Shown piece after piece: positions 38,519-47,916 of a DNA stretch of 64,000 nt. The stretch comes from an uncultured Spirochaetota bacterium (GTDB taxonomy: Bacteria; Spirochaetota; Spirochaetia; SZUA-6; Fen-1364). Made by a program: the position numbers and the translations under genes. The stretch spans positions 32,994 to 96,993 of the forward strand of contig CAWJSK010000003.1 of NCBI GenBank assembly GCA_963845535.1. Direction: 5' to 3'. The notes below the pieces were generated by a model. That model was not told the DNA's origin. It made no database searches and saw only the letters and a list, made by a program, of their open reading frames with translations. How positions within the stretch are numbered: position 1 is the stretch's first letter; each line of letters opens with the position of its first letter.

Positions 38519-39601
38519 ATGGCAGAACAACTACACGCGTTCGACGAACTGAGCACGCGGGCAGGCTTCAACCGCTCCCTGTCTCACTTCAAGTTCATCA
38601 TGCGGGTGATCGCGGACTTCGAAAGAAAAATCAACCTTGCGGAGATCATCAGCGCCTGTCTTGTCGAGAAATCAATCGAGCCGCACCAGGTGCTTCCGGC
38701 GGTCAGCGCCATCCTTGCTGACAAGTACGGGTACGTGTGCCGGTCGTACAACCTCACGGAAAACTTCGATAATTTCGACTACGTGGCCGCGGAGGTCGGA
38801 AAGTGGCGCGCACTGGACCTCGTGATCACGTACTTCCACCCCGAGCTGGGGGTGGTCACCATCAACCCGAAAAACCGCGCCCACTGGGAAAGCGTTCGGG
38901 GCCTCAAGAAGAACGAGCTCGTTACGATCTTCGCGGGGGCCTTTCAGGACACGGACGGCGACTCGAAGTACCAGGAAGGCATCAATCTTCTTCTCTCCAT
39001 TTTGCAGGGGTCCAAGGTCAGGACGCCTGCTTCCTTCACGAAAGGCAAGTTCGTCCTGAAGAAAGTGGTGCCCATGCTGCCGGCTCCCGCCGTCACGCGC
39101 GGACCCAAGCCCCGGGGGAGAAGGCCCAAGGTGGACTTCGCGGCTGCCGCGGCAGCGGCAGCGTCCCAGCAGATGCCGCCGGCCCTGCAGTCATACGTGG
39201 CGCAGCAGACCGCGGCCGCGGCCGCACCGGTCGCGCCCAGGCCGGTGGTGGCAGCGGCAACAACCGCCCCGCGGAGAATGACCCCCATGTACTCCATCCC
39301 GGTCACGAACGAGCTCTTCCATAACGGGAACGTGGAGGCGTGGAAGAAGATCATCCAGAGCTACACCACCAAGTACCCCGGCCTGGAGGTCTACGTGTTT
39401 TACGAGGGAGAACGCATCCACGACATCAACACGCTCTTCAAGTGGGGCAAGGTCAAGCACGGCAGCGCCATCTTGATCGCGATTGCCGGTGACGACATCA
39501 AGGACGTGGCCAAGCTCCAGCGGTATCTGAAGCAGGGCGCAAGCCACATGTTCGAGGCGTTCCTCAAGGGGCAGGTCGGCGCTGTCCTGAACCTGTTCTA
39601 G
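38519..39601 (+). CDS. Conserved hypothetical protein with an Ala-rich linker and a basic AT-hook-like segment
   Basis: 360 aa starting at ATG 38519 ('MAEQLHAFDEL'). It has two globular halves separated by 'TRGPKPRGRRPKVDFAAAAAAAASQQ...AAAAAPVAPRP'. It sits between the cfpA-like gene and ppdK. Confidence 0.7.
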   Translation: MAEQLHAFDELSTRAGFNRSLSHFKFIMRVIADFERKINLAEIISACLVEKSIEPHQVLPAVSAILADKYGYVCRSYNLTENFDNFDYVAAEVGKWRALDLVITYFHPELGVVTINPKNRAHWESVRGLKKNELVTIFAGAFQDTDGDSKYQEGINLLLSILQGSKVRTPASFTKGKFVLKKVVPMLPAPAVTRGPKPRGRRPKVDFAAAAAAAASQQMPPALQSYVAQQTAAAAAPVAPRPVVAAATTAPRRMTPMYSIPVTNELFHNGNVEAWKKIIQSYTTKYPGLEVYVFYEGERIHDINTLFKWGKVKHGSAILIAIAGDDIKDVAKLQRYLKQGASHMFEAFLKGQVGAVLNLF

Positions 39602-39622
39602 AGACAAAGGGAAGGTTGAAGC

Positions 39623-42265
39623 ATGAAGAAGAACATCCACTTCTTTGCAAAAGGGGAAGCCAACTTGAAGCCGCAGCTCCTGGAGCGCATCGGGATACGC
39701 GGACGGCTGGCCATGGAGCTTGCTGATCTGGACCTGCCCATCCTGCCCGGTTTCCTCATCGACGCTGACGTGGCCATGCACCTGGAAGATTTCGACATCT
39801 GGGCTGCGCTGGAACCGTGGTTTGCCAAGCTTGCAAAGCTGACAGGAAAGACGTACGGGGCCGCGGACAACCCCATGCTGGTGAAGATCGTCATCAGCCC
39901 CAACCTCGTGATCGCCCAGTATCCCACGCTTCACAACTACGGGCTGACGGACAAGACGCTCCCCGGGTTCGTGCGCTACGTGGGTGAGAACTTCGGCTGG
40001 CACGAGCAGCAGTTCCTCACCATGGGGAATCTCGAGATCGAGCACGCCATTGCAGAGCTGGAGGAAAAAGAGAAGGAAGCCAAAAACCTCAGGCAGGCCA
40101 TCAAGGACCTCGGCAAGGGCCTGGATTCCGACATGGACGCCAAGAAGAGGCAGGACTTCCTTGAAAAGTACAAGGCCATGCTGCCGGAAGGGTTCTTCAA
40201 GGACCCGTTCGACCAGCTTGAGATCGCCTTGAAGAGGATCAGCCATCTTCTGGCCATCAACGACCAGAACCAGCAGGACACCGCCCTCATCATCCAGCCC
40301 ATGGTGTACGGAAACTACGGCAAGGACGCCTTCTATGGCCAGTTCTTCACCCGCAACATCGTGACGGGGAACAAGGAAATCCAGGGGGAATACTTCCAGA
40401 ACAAGTTCAACGCCATCGGAGCAACCGGGGCGGACATATCGAAGGTGTCGAAAAACTACCATGACGACATGGAGAAAATCTCCCGCAAGGTGGAAGATCA
40501 CTTCAAGGAGATACGGTCCATCAGGTTCACCGTGGAGGACAAGCTCCTCTGGCTGATCGACCAGCGTTCCGTCATGGCCAAATCCACCCAGGCTGATATC
40601 CAGCTTCTCCTGGACCTGCACGCGCGCAAGATCGTGGATGACGCCTACGTGGTGAAGAACATTAAGCCCGGGCAGCTCAATGAGATCCTGCACCCCATCA
40701 TCGACTACAGTTCGGTGAAGGGGCTGACCGCCCTGACCGGCGGGATCACCGGCGCCCCGGGGGCGGCCATCGGCAGGATATACTTCAACACGGAAAGGCT
40801 CCTGGACGCGCATAAGCTGGCGCAGCAGAAGGGCACGGAGACCAAGATGATCCTCTGCCTTTCCGCGTCGTTTGCGGAGGACGTAAAGGCAATCGAGGTC
40901 GCCACGGGAGTGCTTTCCTCCGAGGGCGGGTACTCGGCTCACGCCTCGGTGGTGGCCCGGCAGTACGGCAAGGTCTCTCTTGTGAAGCCGGAGATGAAGA
41001 TCAAGGACACGAGCGCGACCATCGGCAGCAAGACCATCAAGGAAGGGGACTACATCACCCTCAATGTGCCTTTCTACGGCGCGCCTTCCCTGTACCTGGG
41101 GAAGGCGGAGCTCATAGAGCCGAATCCGGAGGAATCCGGAATGCTGGACTTCCTGAAGCTCGTGGACAAGTTCGTGGGCCACTTCACGGTCCGGGCAAAC
41201 TCGGACAAGCCGCGGGACGCGGCGCTCGCGCGCAAGTTCGGCGCCAAGGGAATCGGGCTTGTCCGCACGGAGCACATGTTCTTCGAGGAAAAGAGGATCA
41301 ACGTGTTCCGGGAAATGGTCCTCTCCGACTCGGTTGAGGAACGAAAGAAAGCCCTCGGCAAGCTCCAACCCATGCAGAAGGCGGATTTCTACAAGCTGTT
41401 CAAGATCATGGAGGACTACCCGGTCATCATCCGCCTCCTTGATGCGCCTTTGCACGAGTTCCTGCCCCACAATGACCAGGAACTGGACAAGTTCATGAAT
41501 TATCTGAACGTGGGCAAGACTGGGTCAAAAAAGGTCTCGGAGAAGGACGTCAGGGCCCGAAGCGAGGGGCTGCACGAGTTCAACCCCATGCTCGGCCACC
41601 GCGGATGCCGCATTGCGGTCTCATACCCCGAGATCTACGAGATGCAGGTCCGGGCCATTTTCGAGGCCGTCTACACGCTGCGCAAGGAAGGGGTCAAGGT
41701 CGAGCCGGAGATCATGATCCCCATCATCATGAATGAGAGCGAGCTGAAGCTCATCATCTACGGCAAGAAGATCGAGGGCAAGTCCATCCGGGGGCTCGTG
41801 GAAGTGGAACGGGAAGTGCGGGAAAGCTACAAGGCCAAGGCCGTCCCGTTCAAGATCGGAACCATGGTGGAGCTGCCGGCGGCGGCTCTCGGGGCAGGGG
41901 ACCTCGCGCATTACGCGCAGTTCTTCTCCTTCGGGACAAATGACCTGACGCAGACCACCATCGGGCTCTCCCGTGACGACTTCAACTCCTTCATGCCGGA
42001 TTACACGCAGTTCGACCTCCTGGAGGGCAACCCGTTCCAGAACCTGAATCCGCAGGTGAAAGAATTGATTGCGCTCGCCGTCAAGCGCGGAAAGATGACG
42101 CGGCCTGACCTCGAAGTTGGACTGTGCGGGGAGCACGGGGCAATCCCGGAGAACATCCGCTTCTGCATGGAAGCCGGGCTGGATTACGTTTCCTGCTCGC
42201 CGTACCAGGTGCCGCTCTCCAAGCTGGCAATCGCCCAGTTGAACATCGAGAGGGACGGGAAGTAG
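39623..42265 (+). CDS. ppdK: Pyruvate, phosphate dikinase
   Basis: 880 aa. It has an ATP-grasp N-domain, the phosphohistidine region 'GGYSAHASVVARQYG' and the PEP-utilising C-domain 'GLVRTEHMF' and 'FSFGTNDLTQ'. Confidence 0.95.
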   Translation: MKKNIHFFAKGEANLKPQLLERIGIRGRLAMELADLDLPILPGFLIDADVAMHLEDFDIWAALEPWFAKLAKLTGKTYGAADNPMLVKIVISPNLVIAQYPTLHNYGLTDKTLPGFVRYVGENFGWHEQQFLTMGNLEIEHAIAELEEKEKEAKNLRQAIKDLGKGLDSDMDAKKRQDFLEKYKAMLPEGFFKDPFDQLEIALKRISHLLAINDQNQQDTALIIQPMVYGNYGKDAFYGQFFTRNIVTGNKEIQGEYFQNKFNAIGATGADISKVSKNYHDDMEKISRKVEDHFKEIRSIRFTVEDKLLWLIDQRSVMAKSTQADIQLLLDLHARKIVDDAYVVKNIKPGQLNEILHPIIDYSSVKGLTALTGGITGAPGAAIGRIYFNTERLLDAHKLAQQKGTETKMILCLSASFAEDVKAIEVATGVLSSEGGYSAHASVVARQYGKVSLVKPEMKIKDTSATIGSKTIKEGDYITLNVPFYGAPSLYLGKAELIEPNPEESGMLDFLKLVDKFVGHFTVRANSDKPRDAALARKFGAKGIGLVRTEHMFFEEKRINVFREMVLSDSVEERKKALGKLQPMQKADFYKLFKIMEDYPVIIRLLDAPLHEFLPHNDQELDKFMNYLNVGKTGSKKVSEKDVRARSEGLHEFNPMLGHRGCRIAVSYPEIYEMQVRAIFEAVYTLRKEGVKVEPEIMIPIIMNESELKLIIYGKKIEGKSIRGLVEVEREVRESYKAKAVPFKIGTMVELPAAALGAGDLAHYAQFFSFGTNDLTQTTIGLSRDDFNSFMPDYTQFDLLEGNPFQNLNPQVKELIALAVKRGKMTRPDLEVGLCGEHGAIPENIRFCMEAGLDYVSCSPYQVPLSKLAIAQLNIERDGK

Positions 42266-42295
42266 CGGGTCAGAAAGCTCCGTCAGGGAACAGAT

Positions 42296-42340
42296 CGGCA
42301 GGGTCGGGCGTACGCCAGACCCTGCCGTTTTTTATTTTTT
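42296..42340 (+). terminator. Rho-independent terminator of ppdK
   Basis: CGGCAGGGTC (42296-42305) pairs with GACCCTGCCG (42318-42327). It is followed by TTTTTTATTTTTT (42328-42340). The T-run overlaps the last codons of the convergent gene. Confidence 0.85.
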
Positions 42341-42889
42341 GGCCCAGATGGTGAAGTTTTTCAGGCCTTCGATAACGAGCGCACCGGCCTTGTCGGCGTC
42401 CGTCTTGGGAACGGTTGCCTCCTTGTTCAAGGCCGTGGAGAAGAACCTGGCTATGGACGAGAACACGTCGGGGAGGTTGTAGAACAGGAATGCGACGTTG
42501 CTCCCGGAGGGCCTGACAATGGTGAAGGAGCCGTAGGTCATGAGCGGCATCTTGCTCACCATGACCTTGGTCTGGTTTTTCGCCGTGAGGATGTCCAGCT
42601 CGGCGAAACGGTGGGGGATCTGGTCCTTGGCGGTGCGTCGGAAAGGCTCCAGGTGCTTCTGGGCATAGTTGGGAGGCTCCGCCAGGACGAAAAGCTTGTT
42701 GCCGTCAGTCTGAAACGTGAGGCCTTCCTTCGTCAGGACAATGCTTTTGACGCCACTGTAGGCCACCACCTCGTAGCGCGAGTATGCCGTGGTCTCATCC
42801 AGGAACGAAGAGACGATATACCCTCCCTCGCCCGGGAGCTTGCTCTCCGCGTACGCCTTGAAAAGGTCCACGGCTTTCAACTCTGCCAT
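42332..42889 (-). CDS. Hypothetical cytoplasmic protein
   Basis: 185 aa with coding-like composition and no signal peptide. I recognised no motif. Confidence 0.6.
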   Translation of the reverse strand: MAELKAVDLFKAYAESKLPGEGGYIVSSFLDETTAYSRYEVVAYSGVKSIVLTKEGLTFQTDGNKLFVLAEPPNYAQKHLEPFRRTAKDQIPHRFAELDILTAKNQTKVMVSKMPLMTYGSFTIVRPSGSNVAFLFYNLPDVFSSIARFFSTALNKEATVPKTDADKAGALVIEGLKNFTIWAKK

Positions 42890-42962
42890 CGGTTTCCCCC
42901 TTCCGACCGTTTCTCAAGGACAAGTATATTCGCTTTTGGGTCGCGTGCAACGTGTCGGACGC

Positions 42963-44864
42963 TTACGTGGCTCCCGCTTCCGTTTTCCTCAAGCTCTTTG
43001 CCTTGGCAAGAAACTTGTCGGCGTACTCCCCATTGCCCATGCGCCGGTATACCATTCCGAGGTTTCGATTCGCCCTCCAGTCCTTCGGGGACAGGGAGAC
43101 GGCGCGCCGAAAGAGCTCGGCGGATTTCTCAAGCGTGCTCTCCTGGTAGTGGAGGACGCCCAGCATGAGCAGGAGTGAAAGGCTTTCACCGTTCTGCTTC
43201 ATGAAGCCTTCCATGACTTTGATGCCGACCTTGCGGGCCCCGATCTTGTCGAGACAATACACGGCCGCCTTGATGAGCTCTTCGGAGCCATTGTCGGTGC
43301 TGAGCAGGTCCCGCAGGATGACGAGCGCCTCCGCGTACTTTCCCGTGCGGCGGTAGCACAGAGCGAGGGCGGACTTCAGCTTGCTGTTTCGAGGCTCCAG
43401 GGGCAGCAGCTTCCCGATCTGTTCAGCCGCGTCCGCAAAAGACTGGAGGCGCAGGAGAAGGCGCACAAGCTGGCGCCGCGCCTCCTTGTCGTCAGGGTCG
43501 AGGCTGAGGTACCGCCGAAGCACGTCCCGCCGCAGCTCGGGCTTGTCCAGGGTCTCATAGATGTCGGCAAGGGCTTCCAGGGTGTCCAGGTCGTCCGCTG
43601 AAACGCGAAGCACGCGCTTGTACCAGCCCTCGGCAAGCTCGGGGAGCCCGGCGCGCGCGTACGCGGCTGCCAGCTCGGCCATGAGGGCGAGGTCCGGCCC
43701 GCGCGCCTTGACCTGCCGCTGCAGCTCGCCGAGCACCTCTTCCAGGGAAGCGTCCGTGCGCGCAAGTGCAAGGCTGCGGAAGTATAAGGCTGTTTCGTCC
43801 GCAGGGTCCCTCTGGAGGAGGTGGCCCGCCTCCGTGAGGAGCTCCTCGAACTCCCCCCTGTCCCACAACACGCCGAGCAGGCCGTAGCGGATCTCCAGGG
43901 AGCTCTTGTCCTTCTCCAGGGCCCGGCGGAAATGGTTCTTCGCTTTGCCCAGCTCGCCGAGGTTCCGGTAGGATTCTCCGACGAGCATGTGAAGGTACGG
44001 GTCTGAATAGTCGTCTTTGAGAAGACGCGTTCCATGGAGGATGGTTTCCCGGTAGCGGCCCTCGCGAAACAGGTTGACCGTGAGGAATCGAAGCACGTCT
44101 TTCGTTGTGCCTTCCGGGCTGACGGCGCTCTTCAGTAGCTGCGTCCCTATGCGAAGCTCCTCCGCAGCCTCCTTTTTTTGTTCCTGCGACAGGAGCACGA
44201 GCGCCTTTTGCAGGTGAAGGAACGGGTCCTGGGGCGACATTTGCGAAGCGGCGTCAATATGGAAAAGCGACGCGTTGTCCTTCCCCAACTCCTTGTAGAT
44301 GGAGGCAAGGTACAGATGGGGGAGGATGCTGGTCTGCCGCTGCTCGAGCACCTCCGTGAACAGGCGCGCTGAATCCACGAGCTGACCGCGATGGAACAGG
44401 CGTATGGCGAGCACGAGCGCCGTGTTGAGGTAGCCCACCTGGAGGCGCGCGTTGTTCGGATCAAGCTCGAGCGCCTTCGCGAAGCACCAGATCGCCTTCT
44501 CGGAGCGGCGCGACTTCAACCAGGCAAAACCCAGGAGGCCAAAAGCCGCGGCGAACTTCGGGTTCACCTCCGTGGCGCGCCGGAGGTGACGGACCGCCGG
44601 CGGGTAGGCTTCGAGGGCGAGGTATGCGCGGCCAAGGAAGAAATGCCCGGCCGCTGAGCCGGGTTTCTGCTGAACGAAGAAATTGAGGGCCTGCGCAGCC
44701 TTTGCGTGCTCCCCGAGGGCGTGATAGCTGCGGCCAAGGTAGAGGAGGGCCTGCGGGAACTTGTCCGTGCTCCCGACAATTCGAAGAAGGATCTCGACGG
44801 ATCGTGCGTAGTCGTGGTTGCGTCCCGCGCGGAGGGCTTCCTCGAAAAGCTCAGTATAATTCAC
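42963..44864 (-). CDS. TPR-repeat protein
   Basis: 633 aa with more than 10 canonical 34-aa TPR units, e.g. 'ALLYLGRSYHALGEHAKAAQALNFFVQQKP' and 'GHFFLGRAYLALEAYPPAVRHLRRATEVNP'. Confidence 0.85.
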   Translation of the reverse strand: MNYTELFEEALRAGRNHDYARSVEILLRIVGSTDKFPQALLYLGRSYHALGEHAKAAQALNFFVQQKPGSAAGHFFLGRAYLALEAYPPAVRHLRRATEVNPKFAAAFGLLGFAWLKSRRSEKAIWCFAKALELDPNNARLQVGYLNTALVLAIRLFHRGQLVDSARLFTEVLEQRQTSILPHLYLASIYKELGKDNASLFHIDAASQMSPQDPFLHLQKALVLLSQEQKKEAAEELRIGTQLLKSAVSPEGTTKDVLRFLTVNLFREGRYRETILHGTRLLKDDYSDPYLHMLVGESYRNLGELGKAKNHFRRALEKDKSSLEIRYGLLGVLWDRGEFEELLTEAGHLLQRDPADETALYFRSLALARTDASLEEVLGELQRQVKARGPDLALMAELAAAYARAGLPELAEGWYKRVLRVSADDLDTLEALADIYETLDKPELRRDVLRRYLSLDPDDKEARRQLVRLLLRLQSFADAAEQIGKLLPLEPRNSKLKSALALCYRRTGKYAEALVILRDLLSTDNGSEELIKAAVYCLDKIGARKVGIKVMEGFMKQNGESLSLLLMLGVLHYQESTLEKSAELFRRAVSLSPKDWRANRNLGMVYRRMGNGEYADKFLAKAKSLRKTEAGAT

Positions 44865-45115
44865 GCACCGGGAAGTATAGCACGGCAGCGAATTGCTTTA
44901 CAAATGGTTGCCTTTGCACTACACATACTCCATGCAGGCAGTGCAGAACCTCGCGCAGATCACACGCAAGCAGGTGGTGCTTGCGGAGCGGTTGGGGATT
45001 GGCGTACGCCTCGGCGCCAGCGGGATCGTTCTTGCCCTCTGCCTGTCCATGGGACAGTCGGAGCCCTCGCTCGTCGCGGCATCGATCTTCTTTGCCCTGG
45101 GGATCTACTCGTTCA

Positions 45116-46342
45116 TTGCCCGGTGTCCTGCTCACGCAGAAGAGGGACCCGTCCCTCCTGTATATTCCTTCTCTTGTCCTGGACCTCGTCGCCGTGGCCG
45201 TGAACGGGCTGTCCGTCGTGCGCTCGTTCGGATTCGTCGCCGCGCTGCCCATGCTCGTCGCGCTCGAAGGGTTCTGCGCCGCAATTGCCGTCCTGAGCGC
45301 GCTGCGGCTGTCCTTACGGGACGTCATTCTTGCCGGCGGAGTTGCCATCATCTGTCCCGTCATTGTCGCTTTCGGGTCCTTCCTCCTGGGGACGGATTCC
45401 GGGGCCAGAGCTCTGTTCCTCGTGCCGGCACTGAACGCTCTCATCACCGTCCTTTCCGGCGTCACCGCAACCCAGGGCAGGGGCGCGCTCAAGGACAACC
45501 TCGTTACAGAGGACCTGTTGCGCGCAAGCCGGCGGTTGAAGATGACCATGGACATCGTTGCCGCCTCCATCTTCAACCTCCATCAGCTCGTGAACAAGCT
45601 GGGGGACGTCTCGACAACGGTTTCTTCAGGAGCGCGGAACCAAGCCGCGGGCATTGACCAGGTCACCTCAGCGGCGGAGCATCTCCAGGGCGCCATGGAA
45701 GGCATTTCCCAGGCCACCGAAAAGTCGGCCTTGTCCATCAGCACAACGGCGCAGTTCTCCGAGAGCGGCAACGCAATCATGCAGAAGATCATTACCGAAA
45801 TCCTCGGGATCCACGACGTGGTGCAGAGGATGGTTTCCGCCCTGGCCCGCATCAACGACATCGCCGACCAGACGAACCTGCTGGCCCTCAACGCAGCCAT
45901 CGAGGCCTCCCGTTCTGGTGATGAGAGAAGCGGTTTCACCGTGGTGGCTGACGAGATCCGCCAGCTTGCAGAGAAGGCCGCCCTGGCGGCCAGCGAGGTC
46001 GGTACGTGGGGGAAACAGATCGAGAGCGTCATTCAGGCGGGAGGGGAATCCTCCCGCGAGGCAGGGAAGATATTCGACACCATTGCGCGGGACCTCGGCG
46101 CGTACGCCGGATTCATCCATGAGCTGTCGTTCTCGGTCAAGGAACAGCTTGATGCCAACAGGGAAGTGACGAACGCCATTGAAAACATCGGCTCGGTCGT
46201 GGAAGACAACCGGGGTATGGCGGAATCCGTGTCGAGGATCGTCGGGGACCTCAGGAGAGAAATGTTCAAGCTCGAATCCCTTGTAGACGACAAGGTTCAA
46301 GAAGTGGAGAGACTCTACCGCGGAGCGCAAGGCTCCCCGTAG
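45116..46342 (+). CDS. Methyl-accepting chemotaxis protein (start uncertain; possible N-terminal extension in another frame)
   Basis: It has the highly conserved MCP signalling hairpin 'INDIADQTNLLALNAAIEASRSGDERSGFTVVADEIRQLAEKA', preceded by about 4 TM helices. TTG 45116 is the first start in this frame after the upstream frame-B segment ends. There is no HAMP or periplasmic domain. Confidence 0.8.
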   Translation: MPGVLLTQKRDPSLLYIPSLVLDLVAVAVNGLSVVRSFGFVAALPMLVALEGFCAAIAVLSALRLSLRDVILAGGVAIICPVIVAFGSFLLGTDSGARALFLVPALNALITVLSGVTATQGRGALKDNLVTEDLLRASRRLKMTMDIVAASIFNLHQLVNKLGDVSTTVSSGARNQAAGIDQVTSAAEHLQGAMEGISQATEKSALSISTTAQFSESGNAIMQKIITEILGIHDVVQRMVSALARINDIADQTNLLALNAAIEASRSGDERSGFTVVADEIRQLAEKAALAASEVGTWGKQIESVIQAGGESSREAGKIFDTIARDLGAYAGFIHELSFSVKEQLDANREVTNAIENIGSVVEDNRGMAESVSRIVGDLRREMFKLESLVDDKVQEVERLYRGAQGSP

Positions 46343-46437
46343 GCTTCGTGGGCCTCACGCGCCGCGTGATCCCACGAGCCGCCCGCAATCAGCCACCTGC
46401 CTTTGACAAAGCAGCGCTGATTGTATCAGAATGGCGC

Positions 46438-47916
46438 ATGGAACCACGGAGCATCTTCGCCAACCTGTCGCCCCTGGACCATCGCTACTCGCTCTCTGAT
46501 CCCCAGCTCTTTGAACGGCTGTCCTCCTTTCTGAGCGAGAATGCGTCCGTCCGCTATTGCCTTCGCGTCGAGCTGGCGCTGGTCAAGACGCTCCTTTCCA
46601 GGGTCGGGCGCGCGGCAAAAGGAAGTGGGGACAAAGCCGGGGACTCCGGCCCAGACGCGGAAAAACCGGACACGGTGGACCTGGATGAGGTCATCGAGGC
46701 TATCTCTCCGAAAGAGGTCTACGACGAGGAAGAAAAGACTCATCACAACATACGGGCGCTCGTGAACGTCATGAAACGCCACCTTCCCCGGGCAGTCCGG
46801 CCTTTCGTGCACCTGGGGGCAACGTCCGCGGACATCCTGGACACGGCCGCGGCGCTGCGCTATCGCGACGTTACACGCGCGGTCCTCCTCCCTCTGCTCG
46901 TTGACCTGGAGGAGGAGTTGATCCGGGTGGCTCGGGAAGAAGCAGACACGCCTCAAATCGGCCGTACGCATGGGCAGCATGCCGTCCCCATCACGTTCGG
47001 ATTCGCCATGGCAGAATACGTGTCGCGGCTGGGGAAGAGCATCGAAAGGATCACGACGAAGGCCGGCGACCTTCGGGGGAAGCTCGCGGGGGCGGTGGGG
47101 GCATACAACGCGACATCCCTTGTCGTGGCGGATCCCAAGTCTCTGGAAAGGGACTTCCTTGCCTCCCTCGGGCTGCAGGCGTCGGAGCATTCGACGCAGC
47201 TCGTGGAGCCGGAATACGTCCTGGCGCTCCTCCTGGAGCTGAACACGGCCTTTGGCGTCATTGCCAACCTTGCGGATGACCTTCGCCACCTCCAGAGGTC
47301 CGAGATCGGAGAGGTGCGGGAGGAGTTCACCTCGACGCAGGTTGGTTCGTCGACAATGCCGCAGAAGCGCAATCCCTGGAACTCGGAGCACGTGAAAAGC
47401 CTTTGGAAGGAGTTTTGTCCCCGCGTGGTGACGTTCTTCATGGACCAGATTTCCGAGCATCAGCGGGACCTCACCAACTCCGCTTCATCGCGTTTCACCG
47501 CGGAATACATGGCAGGCTTTGCATCCGCCGTGGCGCGGATGACGGCGGTAGTGCGCTCACTCGGGGTGGACCGCGTGCGCATGAGAGAGAACCTCTCGCG
47601 GTCAGGAGATGTCGTCTTCTCGGAGCCTGTCTATATCCTCATGGCTCTCGGGGGACACCCCGACGCCCATGAAGCCGTGCGGAAGGCCACGCTCAGGGTC
47701 GAGCAGACCGGGGAGAGACTCATGCAGGTCCTTCGGGAGGACCGCGGCGCATGGGAGGCGGTCACCGCGCAGCTTGCGCGCGCTCTCGGTCAGGATGCGG
47801 AATCATTCTTCGCGGACCCCGCGAACTACCGGGGAGCGGCCGCGGAACAGGCCAGATCTCTGGCGGAGAAATACGCCCAGGTGTGCTTGCGGATTCGGAA
47901 GGAGCTTGCGGTCTGA
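46438..47916 (+). CDS. purB: Adenylosuccinate lyase
   Basis: It carries 'SPLDHRYS', 'VHLGATSADILDTA', 'GRTHGQHAVPITFG' and the fumarate-lyase signature 'GSSTMPQKRNP'. A Gly/Asp/Lys-rich insertion of about 25 aa lies near aa 55-80. Confidence 0.93.
   Translation: MEPRSIFANLSPLDHRYSLSDPQLFERLSSFLSENASVRYCLRVELALVKTLLSRVGRAAKGSGDKAGDSGPDAEKPDTVDLDEVIEAISPKEVYDEEEKTHHNIRALVNVMKRHLPRAVRPFVHLGATSADILDTAAALRYRDVTRAVLLPLLVDLEEELIRVAREEADTPQIGRTHGQHAVPITFGFAMAEYVSRLGKSIERITTKAGDLRGKLAGAVGAYNATSLVVADPKSLERDFLASLGLQASEHSTQLVEPEYVLALLLELNTAFGVIANLADDLRHLQRSEIGEVREEFTSTQVGSSTMPQKRNPWNSEHVKSLWKEFCPRVVTFFMDQISEHQRDLTNSASSRFTAEYMAGFASAVARMTAVVRSLGVDRVRMRENLSRSGDVVFSEPVYILMALGGHPDAHEAVRKATLRVEQTGERLMQVLREDRGAWEAVTAQLARALGQDAESFFADPANYRGAAAEQARSLAEKYAQVCLRIRKELAV

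Noticed and set aside
39191-41470. 759-aa minus-strand ORF, antisense to ppdK.
   Set aside because: The reasoning is the same. ppdK motifs are unmistakable on the plus strand, and the antisense product is low-complexity (Leu/Val/Arg/Gly/His-rich).
45135-45657. Continuation of the frame-B ORF (44893-45657) past the MCP frame junction.
   Set aside because: Beyond about 45135 its product turns Arg/Pro/Gly-rich ('PGPRRRGRERAVRRALVRIRRRAAHARRARR'). Meanwhile frame A encodes TM helices and the MCP domain. Only the first ~65 codons look genuine.
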